From: Candidatus Bathyarchaeota archaeon
GTDB lineage: Archaea; Thermoproteota; Bathyarchaeia; Bathyarchaeales; Bathycorpusculaceae
Reading direction: 5' to 3'
NCBI GenBank assembly: GCA_963772455.1
Contig: CAVYXJ010000007.1
Coordinates: 320,001-384,000, forward strand
Length of the DNA: 64,000 nucleotides
Made by a program: the position numbers and the translations under genes. Positions 32,014 through 41,248 of this stretch are shown piece by piece; the first letter of the stretch is position 1, and the number at the start of each line of letters is the position of its first letter. Under the pieces are notes generated by a model. It saw only the letters and a list, made by a program, of their open reading frames with translations. It was not told the origin of the DNA and made no database searches.

Positions 32014-32439
32014 ATGTGTTTTGTGAGCACCGATAAGGAAAAACTAAATCAGCTTTTGGTTAAAGTTGATGCAATTGCTGTTTCCGTAAATAGGATTTCT
32101 GATGAATTGCGTTCTATTTCTGCTTCTTTAAAGTCTCTTGCGGTTGGACAAATAATTCAGCCATCACATCAAACGCCAACCCCCGCGCCTTCAGTACCTT
32201 TGCCTCCAGCTCATGAAACATCAAAACTTAGATCACTTGATGATATCCGCATGTCCTTCCCAGAAGAACTCGAATCTAGATTGGGCTTTGAAGAGAAAGG
32301 CGACTTCATAATTATCAAACCCAAGGCTTTTCTGGGGACAAACTTTGCAAAAATCGCTTCCGCCGTGAAGGGTATGGGCGGCGAGTATATCAGTGCCGGA
32401 AAAGATTCACATTTCAGGGTGCCCAAGCATAAAACTTAA
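32014..32439 (+). CDS. Hypothetical protein (N-terminal coiled coil, Pro linker, small C-terminal domain)
   Basis: Coherent ORF ending FPEELE...KPKAFLG.NFAKIA..V..MGGEYISAGKDSHFRVP. Confidence 0.7.
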   Translation: MCFVSTDKEKLNQLLVKVDAIAVSVNRISDELRSISASLKSLAVGQIIQPSHQTPTPAPSVPLPPAHETSKLRSLDDIRMSFPEELESRLGFEEKGDFIIIKPKAFLGTNFAKIASAVKGMGGEYISAGKDSHFRVPKHKT

Positions 32440-32444
32440 CAAAG

Positions 32445-32717
32445 TTAAAGTGCTTTAAAAGTCGAAAATTCGCCCTTAAAAGGTCCGTAACTAACTTCCA
32501 GATTATTTACTTTTGCAGATGGAGGACCCTGGCGACAATAGTTGACGAGCGTTTTCACCGCGTGTTCTTCACCTTCAAAAACCGCTTCAACACGTCCATC
32601 CATCAGATTACGCACCCAACCGTTAACGCCTAAAATTTGCGCCTCCTGCAGAGTGCTCTGCCGAAAGTAAACGCCTTGAACTCGCCCAGAAACCAATATA
32701 TGTCCTCTAATTTTCAT
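32445..32717 (-). CDS. acyP: Acylphosphatase
   Basis: GRVQGVYFR, GWVRN..DGRVEA, GPPSA. Confidence 0.95.
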   Translation of the reverse strand: MKIRGHILVSGRVQGVYFRQSTLQEAQILGVNGWVRNLMDGRVEAVFEGEEHAVKTLVNYCRQGPPSAKVNNLEVSYGPFKGEFSTFKAL

Positions 32718-32790
32718 ATAGATTCTTCGAATTAGAAAAGAAGTTGAGATTTAAAAATATGAGTTTAATAATAAAGAAAAATGGTGTTGT

Positions 32791-33249
32791 TTACCATGGA
32801 TCGATTTTTTCGCCCACAGTATACAAGAAAAGGCTTGCTGAAGGTGGACCTAACCACTTGAATGTGTTGACTAAATCCTTGATTGCAAGCGCATAGTTGT
32901 TTGATTTATCGAGGCTGTCGAGATACTTTTGAAATGACCCGTACCGTTTTTCGATTGCTATGAAATTTTGGGCATTCTGTACGATTGCTTTTATCTTGCC
33001 TTTGTTTCTGACAATTCCTGTATCCTTTAAGAGACGCTGAACGTCTGAATCTGTAAAGCATGCAATTTCTTTGATATCAAAATTTGCAAAAGCTTTCTTT
33101 GTGGTTGCCCATTTACCGTCAATTACTTGCCAGTTTAAGCCTGCCTGAAAAATTACTCGGCACATGTTTTCAAAGTAGGCAATGTCGTTTGCCGGTCTTT
33201 CATTTTGGCACCACCAGTCAGGCATATGCCATGTTTCGTGTTCTTGCAT
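32791..33249 (-). CDS. DNA-3-methyladenine glycosylase I-like protein
   Basis: FQAGLNW...KAF.NFD...GIVRNKGKI. Confidence 0.8.
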   Translation of the reverse strand: MQEHETWHMPDWWCQNERPANDIAYFENMCRVIFQAGLNWQVIDGKWATTKKAFANFDIKEIACFTDSDVQRLLKDTGIVRNKGKIKAIVQNAQNFIAIEKRYGSFQKYLDSLDKSNNYALAIKDLVNTFKWLGPPSASLFLYTVGEKIDPW

Positions 33250-33265
33250 AAAATTCAGACCTAAG

Positions 33266-33691
33266 CTACTTCCATTCCCAGATTGTAATGTTCATTTCCA
33301 TCCACATTGGGTCAGCGGATTCAAAAGTAACCAGAGCAACTGTATCATTTAGCCAGCCTAGTTTCTCGGACATAGTCATAAAACTCCATAAACCCACGCT
33401 TGTTGGATTCTTGCCAGGGACCATTTTCATTAAATCATAGCCCTTTATTGTGCCCATATCGCCTGTCATAGTCACCATCATACCTAGATCAGTCGATACA
33501 GCCAAACCCTTTGGAGGAGTCAAACTCATGCCTGTAACGTTTAAATTGCAATCTATGCCCTTTGCTTTCCCCATGCCTTTCATCTGAGCTGTCCAAGTAT
33601 ACTTCGAAGTTACGCCGTTCATATCTATTGATTTTATGAAGCTTGCTCCACTTTTACCCTTGCCTTCCCAAAGTTTTTCTCCAATCGCCAT
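33266..33691 (-). CDS. Met-rich hypothetical beta-rich protein
   Basis: 141 aa ORF with an AGAGGTGAG Shine-Dalgarno-like element; ends IWEWK. Confidence 0.7.
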   Translation of the reverse strand: MAIGEKLWEGKGKSGASFIKSIDMNGVTSKYTWTAQMKGMGKAKGIDCNLNVTGMSLTPPKGLAVSTDLGMMVTMTGDMGTIKGYDLMKMVPGKNPTSVGLWSFMTMSEKLGWLNDTVALVTFESADPMWMEMNITIWEWK

Positions 33692-33877
33692 TCTATTCTC
33701 ACCTCTATTATTGAAAGGGGCTCTTGTTTGCGATTTAAACAGTTGTTGTTGGGTTTAGACAGCAACAATTCTTACTTAACATGTGTTCACTTTCATTGAA
33801 CTCTCCTCTGATGCAAAACGTCGTTTCCAGGCTTATTTTAAAAGAGATTTTGATAATATGAAGTTTAGTTGATTAGC

Positions 33878-34216
33878 ATGTTTAAGGAAAATTTTGGGAA
33901 ACTGATGGTTTATGCCTCAACCGGTGTTTCAAGAGGGAAACGGTTAGAATCAGTCAGAACAGCTACAAAAGAAACTGCTAAACGTTTGAATTTGGATTTT
34001 GAGATGGTTCGGCTCGACAGGGCATCTTCGCCTATCTACGTTTATTATGAAGAAAATGATGGTGATGAACCTATACCGCTGTATTGTGATGAAGGAAAAA
34101 TTTCAGGTTTGGAAGAAATTAGTGGCAAACTCAGAAATATGATGTTCGTTTTATCTTTTCATCCGAACCATTCAGTTCTGAAAGAAATGAGAAGTGAACT
34201 TCTCAAACTTTCCTAA
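33878..34216 (+). CDS. Hypothetical protein
   Basis: Coherent ~112 aa ORF (PIYVYY...PIPLYCD...MFVLSFHP); convergent overlap with arcadin-1. Confidence 0.7.
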   Translation: MFKENFGKLMVYASTGVSRGKRLESVRTATKETAKRLNLDFEMVRLDRASSPIYVYYEENDGDEPIPLYCDEGKISGLEEISGKLRNMMFVLSFHPNHSVLKEMRSELLKLS

Positions 34217-34526
34217 AACGGATGGCTTGATTCTCGAGGGCAACTTCGTAAACCTGATTTACATCGAAGGTTATGCCCAAATTGTCGTATTCTTGTTCAG
34301 TTAGGAACAGAATTATTTTCGGTGTGGCCATCTGAGTGCGTTGAGGCAAAAATGGCATTTGTGTTTGAAGCGCTTGCATGATGTCCTGCGCCATTTTGGC
34401 TTCGTCTGATTGAGGTCTTACTATGTAAGGGTTAACTTCTCGTTCTTCGAGGAGTTCAATTCTTTTTCCAAGGTTACCGTCTACGTCTCGGTTGGATTCA
34501 ATTTTGTTAACTCTAACACGGAACAT
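34203..34526 (-). CDS. Arcadin-1 homologue
   Basis: KRIELLEERE...Q/P-rich middle...PKIILFLTEQEY..LG..FDVNQVYEV matches the arcadin-1 pattern (PR.TL.LTEEE...IDVG...EI). Confidence 0.72.
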   Translation of the reverse strand: MFRVRVNKIESNRDVDGNLGKRIELLEEREVNPYIVRPQSDEAKMAQDIMQALQTQMPFLPQRTQMATPKIILFLTEQEYDNLGITFDVNQVYEVALENQAIRFRKV

Positions 34527-34611
34527 GTTATTTTCACTCTCACTAATGGAATTAAGTAGTCACAGATTTAATACTTTATGCCACCATTCACAGGAAATAT
34601 TTTTATTGAAC

Positions 34612-35208
34612 TTAGGCTTTCTCCGTTGAAGAATCTGGTTTATTTTCTTTCTTAAGCTCCCCAATTCGTTTATCGAGCAGCTTCAGTCGTTCCTGCATTG
34701 CTTTTACAGTTTCACGTATATGTTTTCTTTCATGTTCTAATTTTTGGAGGCTTCGACTAGCGCTAACCTCCTCATCAAGAAAAGCAGAAAAAGGAGATGG
34801 AATAGTTGGCATTGAACCATCAGCTTCAACTTCAACATTGAGGACGTCACGAGAAAATTCCCGAAAAAGTACGCCGATGTTATTGAAAATTTCTGTCTGC
34901 TTAACGATTGCATGTCTGAGTATTAGTTCTCCAGATTGGGTGATTTTGTATATTTTTAATCTGCGGTTTTTCTGGGTTTGCCAATGGCCTTTGATATATC
35001 CTGATTTTTCTAAGTCACGCAAGATGGGGTAAACGCCACCTGCTGTAGGTTGCCAAAAGCCCTTGGTGCGGCTATTTATTTCTTTCATAATCTCATAGCC
35101 ATGAGAAGGTTTTTTGTTGAGAAGTATAAGCACGCCCATACGGATGTAGCCTTTTTGGGCTTCTTTCATCCAGTTTGCTGTAGTCTTGTCTTCGGTTTCT
35201 GATGCCAT
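34612..35208 (-). CDS. PadR-family transcriptional regulator
   Basis: HGYEIMKEI...WQPTAGGVYPILRDLE..G.I...Y.IT..G; C-terminal coiled coil. Confidence 0.9.
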   Translation of the reverse strand: MASETEDKTTANWMKEAQKGYIRMGVLILLNKKPSHGYEIMKEINSRTKGFWQPTAGGVYPILRDLEKSGYIKGHWQTQKNRRLKIYKITQSGELILRHAIVKQTEIFNNIGVLFREFSRDVLNVEVEADGSMPTIPSPFSAFLDEEVSASRSLQKLEHERKHIRETVKAMQERLKLLDKRIGELKKENKPDSSTEKA

Positions 35209-35300
35209 CTTGTTTCAAAACTATAATGTATATGGGTAATACTTATATTTTACCGCTATATATTGCACTGAATAATATTCCAACTGATGTGGTAACAAAA

Positions 35301-36320
35301 ATGGCAAATGAATCCATAATCGAAGTTGACCATCTAACAAAGATGTTCAAAAAGTTCACGGCAGTAGATGACATATCATTTGATGTCAAAAAAGGCGAAA
35401 TTTTCGGGTTGTTGGGACCCAACGGAGCAGGAAAGAGCACCACTCTACGTATGCTCTCTACTCTGTCAAGACCCACAAAGGGAACTGCAACAATCGGCGG
35501 GTACGACACAGTAAAAAACGACATGGAAGTACGCAAGCTAATCGGCATTGTTTCTGAAAAAATGATTATCTATAATCGCTTGACCGCTAAAGAAAACCTC
35601 TCATTTTTCGGTAGCCTCTTCAACATTCCAAAAGATACATTGAATAAAAGAATAGATGATTTACTTGAATTAGTTCAACTTACAAAATGGAAAAACGCAC
35701 AAGTTGGTACGTTTTCTACTGGTATGCGTCAAAGAATGAATGTAGTTCGCGCCTTGCTTAACATGCCTCAAGTCCTATTTCTTGATGAGCCAACTTTAGG
35801 GTTGGATCCTCAGTCTTCAGTTGAAATTAGGGATTTCATAAAAAAACTCAATCAGGATCAAGGAACCACAGTTATTATAACTACACACATGATGATTGAT
35901 GCTGATTTGTTATGTGACCGTATAGCCATAGTGGACCATGGAAAAATCATAGCATTAGACACTTCAACTAACCTTAAGAAGATAATTTCAGGTGGAGACA
36001 CCATGATTATAAAACTTGAAATCGCAAATCTAACCCCCGACATGTTAGCCGCCATTAAAACACTCAAATGCGCGGACGCGGTAACTCAAGAAAACTCTAC
36101 GACACTACACCTTATTGTTCATGGCGAAGAAGCTTTTGACAATATTATCGATGCAGTTAGAGAAAAAAATGGAAAAATCACTTCTATGCAAAACTTGCAG
36201 CCTTCCCTTGAAGATGTATTCTTGCACATTACCGGACATGAAGTTAGAGATAGCGCAGACCAAAAAATCAAGCAGGAACATGGTCCAAGGTTTGGTGTAT
36301 CTCCAAGGAGAGTAAGGTGA
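35301..36320 (+). CDS. ABC transporter ATP-binding protein (DrrA-like)
   Basis: GPNGAGKST, FSTGM, FLDEPT.GLDP, TTH, PSLEDVF. Confidence 0.92.
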   Translation: MANESIIEVDHLTKMFKKFTAVDDISFDVKKGEIFGLLGPNGAGKSTTLRMLSTLSRPTKGTATIGGYDTVKNDMEVRKLIGIVSEKMIIYNRLTAKENLSFFGSLFNIPKDTLNKRIDDLLELVQLTKWKNAQVGTFSTGMRQRMNVVRALLNMPQVLFLDEPTLGLDPQSSVEIRDFIKKLNQDQGTTVIITTHMMIDADLLCDRIAIVDHGKIIALDTSTNLKKIISGGDTMIIKLEIANLTPDMLAAIKTLKCADAVTQENSTTLHLIVHGEEAFDNIIDAVREKNGKITSMQNLQPSLEDVFLHITGHEVRDSADQKIKQEHGPRFGVSPRRVR

Positions 36321-36325
36321 TAAAT

Positions 36326-37498
36326 ATGACCGCAAAAACAATTCTTCAACACAGTTATAGAATCGCCAAAAAAGACTTAACAGAATTGTTCCGTAACAGA
36401 CTCGGGTTAGTGCTTCTAATCGTTATGCCATTGTTCATGATGGTTATGGTTGGCTTCATCTATCCATCTAACGGTACTATAACCGACTTGAAAGTTGGAA
36501 TGGTAAACGAGGACTCAGGCTTCAACGGCGTATATACGCCAAGCCAAGGCTTCATCACAGGTCTAAATGCAATAAACAACCAAACCCACCTGCTAATAAT
36601 AACAGACGTAAACAGCATGGCAGACCTCAAAGATAGGGTTCAGAGAGGAGAACTGGCAGGTGGCATAGATATTCCAAGCAACTTTAGTCAAAGCGTCATA
36701 AATGGACAGCAAGGTACAATAATCATAGTCAGCGACGAATCCAACCCGCAAATCTCAGCCACAATACAAGGCGCACTTAGGGGTGTATTCGACGCAATGG
36801 GAACTGCCTTAGCTCAACAAAACCTTAACACGACAAACATAGCTGTTATCAAACCCTTTAATGTGCAAACTCAAGGTGTAGTTTCTGGTCACCCGAGCTA
36901 CTTTGACTTCATTGCTCCAGGTATAATGGCTATGACTGTAATGATGAGTGTAATGACTGGACTACCAGTTGCTATTTCGCAGGAGAAAGAAGTTGGAACA
37001 ATGGATGGCATGATGGTTGCTCCAGTTAACAGGTTATCGATTCTACTGGGTAAAACTATAGCTCAAACTGGCAGAGGCTTAATCCAAGGTGTCATAATCC
37101 TAGCGTTAGCTATAGGCATATTCGGAGTCGCCATACAAGGCAGCATCCTACTTGTATTTGCCCTTTTGTTGCTAGGCGTATTTAGCTTCGTTGGCTTAGG
37201 AATAGTCATAACATCCTTCACTAAAGACCAAGAGACCGCACAGATGATGATGATGACACTAATGTTCCCAATGATGTTCCTTAGCGGAGTATTCTTCCCC
37301 ATACAGCAAATGCCATGGTATATGCAAGACATCTCAAAGTTACTACCTTTAACTTATGCTTCAGATGCTCTACGAAAAGTCATGGTGTTAGGTGCAGGCA
37401 TATCGCAGATATCTACAGAACTAATAATACTCGTAGCGTTCGGTGTAGTTATGATTGCAATTGCATTGCCAGTGTTTCGAAGAATGATGACAAGGTAG
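36326..37498 (+). CDS. ABC-2 type permease
   Basis: Six TM helices, EKEVGT, FLSGVFFP, PLTYA.DALR. Confidence 0.92.
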   Translation: MTAKTILQHSYRIAKKDLTELFRNRLGLVLLIVMPLFMMVMVGFIYPSNGTITDLKVGMVNEDSGFNGVYTPSQGFITGLNAINNQTHLLIITDVNSMADLKDRVQRGELAGGIDIPSNFSQSVINGQQGTIIIVSDESNPQISATIQGALRGVFDAMGTALAQQNLNTTNIAVIKPFNVQTQGVVSGHPSYFDFIAPGIMAMTVMMSVMTGLPVAISQEKEVGTMDGMMVAPVNRLSILLGKTIAQTGRGLIQGVIILALAIGIFGVAIQGSILLVFALLLLGVFSFVGLGIVITSFTKDQETAQMMMMTLMFPMMFLSGVFFPIQQMPWYMQDISKLLPLTYASDALRKVMVLGAGISQISTELIILVAFGVVMIAIALPVFRRMMTR

Positions 37499-37507
37499 GA
37501 ATGGAAC

Positions 37508-37663
37508 ATGAGCACCCTCTGTTCCAAGTGTCCTTTCTTTCAACTTGCCCCACTTTTGAGACGTAAGAACGCGCGTAAACGATGCCGCATTGAACCACAA
37601 AGGCAACTTCGAATCTACGAATGCAAAGATTACCCTGAAAAAAAGGGGCTCTTCAGAAAATAG
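37508..37663 (+). CDS. Small basic four-Cys protein (51 aa, below the ORF track cutoff)
   Basis: MSTLCSKCPFF...RCRIEPQRQLRIYECKDYPEKKGLFRK; 9 bp after the permease stop. Confidence 0.5.
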   Translation: MSTLCSKCPFFQLAPLLRRKNARKRCRIEPQRQLRIYECKDYPEKKGLFRK

Positions 37664-37832
37664 TTTCTTTTATCATTTGCCAATTAAACCTTTGATACTT
37701 TTTGCAAGAGTTCTTGTTTTGACTTTCCATATATTTTGAGACATCATCTAAAAAGATGCAATTTCAGGGTGATCTTCCCCGTTACGGTTTTATATACAGA
37801 TGTAGGCATAAGGATGGAAGAAGAGAATCCCC

Positions 37833-39275
37833 ATGTCCGATATTGGAATAACAGTTAAGAAAAATGAAGATTTTTCAGAGTGGTATGTACAAGTTGTTTT
37901 AAAAGCCGAACTTGCGGATTATGCGCCAGTTAAAGGTTGTATGATAATCCGACCAGATGCCTATTCGGTTTGGGAGAAAATTCAAGAAATTGTTAACCAA
38001 AAAATCAAGGCTACAGGACACAGCAACGTTTACTTCCCAATGTTTATTCCTGAAAGTTTCCTTAAAAAGGAAGCTGAGCACTTTGAAGGATTCACTCCAG
38101 AAGTCGCTTGGATTACACAAGGAGGAGAAACAACATTAGAAGAAAAACTGGCGGTTCGTCCCACCAGCGAAACCATAATGTACGCAATGTTTAGCAAGTG
38201 GATTCGTAGCTGGAGAGATTTACCTCTGAAAATTAACCAATGGTGCAACATTGTTAGATGGGAAACGAAGGCGACGAAATTGTTTTTGCGGACGCGCGAG
38301 TTTCTGTGGCAAGAAGGCCACACCGCACATGCAACTAGCCAAGAAGCCGAAGCCGAAGTAATGTACGCACTTAGCGAGTACAAGGATATAATGGAAAATT
38401 ACTTGGCTATTCCTGTAGTCGTCGGTACTAAGAGTGACAGCGAAAAATTTGCTGGTGCCCTCTATACCACAGCTCTCGAATCAATCATGCCTGATGGAAA
38501 AGCCCTACAAATGGGAACCAGCCATAATCTTGGACAACATTTTGCTAAGGTTTTCGATGTCAAATTTATAGGTGAAGACAAGCAGGATCACTTCGTTTGG
38601 CAGACTAGCTGGGGCATCACAACACGACTTATTGGTGCTATGATTATGATTCATGGTGATGACAAGGGTCTAGTTATGCCCCCTAAAGTTGCTCCAACTC
38701 AAGTTGTTATTGTTCCAATTCCCTTCAAAGGCTTGGAAGCTGAAGCTATAGCAACAAAAACTAAGGAAATTGCAGCATTACTCAAAGCCAAAGGTGTCAG
38801 CGTTATTTTAGATGACCGTAACGAGTACACTCCTGGATGGAAATTTCACCAGTGGGAACTCAAAGGAATTCCAATCCGTATAGAACTTGGACCAAGGGAC
38901 CTTAAACAACAACAAGTTGTTATGGTGCGTCGTGATACTGGTCAGAAAACCCCTGTTAAAGAAGTCGACATTCCTTTAACTGTAGAGAAACTTTTGATGG
39001 AAATACAGGACAACATGCTTGCAAAAGCCAAAGCAATCTTGCAAGAGAAAACCAGTTCAGCTCAAAGCTATGAGGAATTCAAGAAGATTCTAAATGAAAA
39101 GGGCGGTTTCATAAAGGCGGCATGGTGCGGAAGTCCTGATTGCGAAGCAAAAGTAAAGGACGAAACAGGTGCCACTATTCGCATTCGACCTTTCCAGATA
39201 GAGCAGCCTATCACAAACTGTATAGTTTGTGAAGAGACTGCTAAAGAGACAGCGTATTTCGCACGATCATATTAG
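37833..39275 (+). CDS. proS: Proline--tRNA ligase (archaeal/eukaryotic type)
   Basis: DFSEWY, RPTSET, FLRTREFLWQEGHT, QMGTSH, SWGITTR, C-terminal FARSY. Confidence 0.97.
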   Translation: MSDIGITVKKNEDFSEWYVQVVLKAELADYAPVKGCMIIRPDAYSVWEKIQEIVNQKIKATGHSNVYFPMFIPESFLKKEAEHFEGFTPEVAWITQGGETTLEEKLAVRPTSETIMYAMFSKWIRSWRDLPLKINQWCNIVRWETKATKLFLRTREFLWQEGHTAHATSQEAEAEVMYALSEYKDIMENYLAIPVVVGTKSDSEKFAGALYTTALESIMPDGKALQMGTSHNLGQHFAKVFDVKFIGEDKQDHFVWQTSWGITTRLIGAMIMIHGDDKGLVMPPKVAPTQVVIVPIPFKGLEAEAIATKTKEIAALLKAKGVSVILDDRNEYTPGWKFHQWELKGIPIRIELGPRDLKQQQVVMVRRDTGQKTPVKEVDIPLTVEKLLMEIQDNMLAKAKAILQEKTSSAQSYEEFKKILNEKGGFIKAAWCGSPDCEAKVKDETGATIRIRPFQIEQPITNCIVCEETAKETAYFARSY

Positions 39276-39291
39276 AATCGCGGCTCTTAGC

Positions 39292-41105
39292 TCATGGAAG
39301 CTGACTTGCGACGTCAGCCAATCCCAACTTTTCTAGAGTTTCTTTTGTTGGAATCCCGTTTTTGTTCCAACCTCGCTTTTGATAGTAAATATCGAGCATT
39401 GTGTAGTATTTTTCTAATTCAAGCACTGACCCTTTCAATGGACCTTCTGTTAAGGGTTCTTTAAACCAACGCATTGGCGGTATATCTAAGTCGCGGCTCC
39501 ACTTACTTCCATATTCTCTCACCCAGAAAGCGCGAATTAAGTTAAGTATTCGGTCGCCTATCTGGTTTAACTGCTCCATTGTGAAGTTCTGGCCTGTTGA
39601 TGCCTGAAGATATTTTTGGTACCATTCAAGTTCAAATCCCAGTGAACCTTGAGGGAAACGACAAACAGTTAAAGCCTCGAAAACTCCACCGCGTAGAAGT
39701 TGGGTTTGGATTAAGTGGTTAACCTTTTCTTCACCATATTTTTCCCTGCCTGTCTTTATTTCCCATGTGATGACCCAGGCGTCTTTGTGGTGAGCCCCAA
39801 TGGAGCTTGTACCGTAAGCTAAAGCCATGCCTGGTGTAGTGTGGCAGTCGTAAGCTGTGACTTCTAAGCCTTTAACATGCATCGCCCAAACATTCGAACC
39901 TTTATCTATGGTTGCAGAAGCGGAGCGAACTCCTTCTGCTAAAATAGCCCCCAAGCCACGTTTGTAAGCAATATCATTAATCAACAATTTAATCGCGTTA
40001 AAATCGCCCCATCTAATCTTCTCAGGGATTAACCCTTTTTCAGAGGCTTCCATAGCAAAACCTATCACACCACCAAGTGATATTGCGTCAAAACCAAACT
40101 CGTCCGCCAATCTGTTCAAAGTAGCGACTTGCTTTAATTCTCCCAAACCAATGTTTGAGCCTAACATAACTACGTTCTCATAGTCCAACTCTGAATCTTT
40201 TCCTTCGTTGTCTTTAACCACGTTTCCGCATGTCATATTACATTGTGGACATCCTCGGTTGGAAACCTTCAGTTTTTCCATAGTGAAGCCGTTTATTGCT
40301 TCAGCCTTATCGAAGACGCCTTGTCTATAATTGAAGGTGGGAAGACAACTGTTTTCTTGACACCATTCCACAGTTGACATTGTGCCTTGTCGTTTCCAAA
40401 AAGAGTAAAGAGGCTTAGTTAAAAGTTCCTTGTATCCGTCAACCGCGAGCTTCTTCATTTCTTGAGGGTATGCAAGGGAAATTTGTTTTGTGCCTTCGAC
40501 TACTATGGCTTTTAATTTTTTGGAACCCATGACAGCACCCATTCCTGGACGTCCTCCTGCACGTCCATTTTGGGAAACCACAGTGGCGAACTTGACAAGG
40601 TTCTCTCCCGCGGGACCGATTGAAATAATGCCTGCTAACTTGGAGTATTTTTTTCTCAATTGTTCTTCTACTTCAAAGGAACTTTTACCCCACAAATCCT
40701 TAGCATCCAAAAACTCCACGGTTTGATCTTTGACGTGAAGTATGACGGGTGAGGATGCTTTGCCCTCAATTACAATTGCGTCGTATCCAGCTTTGCGTAT
40801 GTTCACAGCTGCCCACGACCCAGATGTTGCCATCACCGTAACCACCGGTTAAGGGACTTTTTGATGCAATAACAAGTTTGCCACTGTTAGGCAATCCAAT
40901 GCCCGTTAGTGGTCCAGTGGCGAAAATTAGTTTGTTTTCAGGCGAAAGTGGATCAGTTCCTTGTTTTAAGGTGTCCCATAGAATTTTAATTGCAAAACCT
41001 CTGCCGCCCAAAAAATTCAAAGCTAAATCTTCATGGTACGGTTCAGGTTTGGCTTCGTTTTTTGTTAAGTTAACTTTTAGAAAAAAGCCATGTCCATCCT
41101 TGCAC
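39292..41105 (-). CDS. for: Tungsten aldehyde:ferredoxin oxidoreductase, FOR subfamily (apparent +1 frameshifts near 41091 and 40823)
   Basis: GGRG, KSPLTGGYGDGN, GRPGMGAVMGSK, FWKRQGTM..VEWC, GCPQCNMTCGNVV, ELDYENV, IGAHHK.AWVI.WEI; closely recalls Pyrococcus FOR. Confidence 0.88.
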
Positions 41106-41248
41106 TATTATTCACCAAAACTAATCAAGAATAAAATCAAATCAAAAATATTAATGTGCTGAGATTACTAATAATTTAAGAACTCTCCTCATGAATTACT
41201 TTTTGGCGCTAACTTTGGAAACAAAAAGAAAACAAAAGGGTTAGCTGC

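Noticed and set aside
33741-33770. Hairpin TTGTTGTTG...CAGCAACAA in a divergent spacer
   Set aside because: Low-complexity arms; a single weak hairpin is expected by chance.
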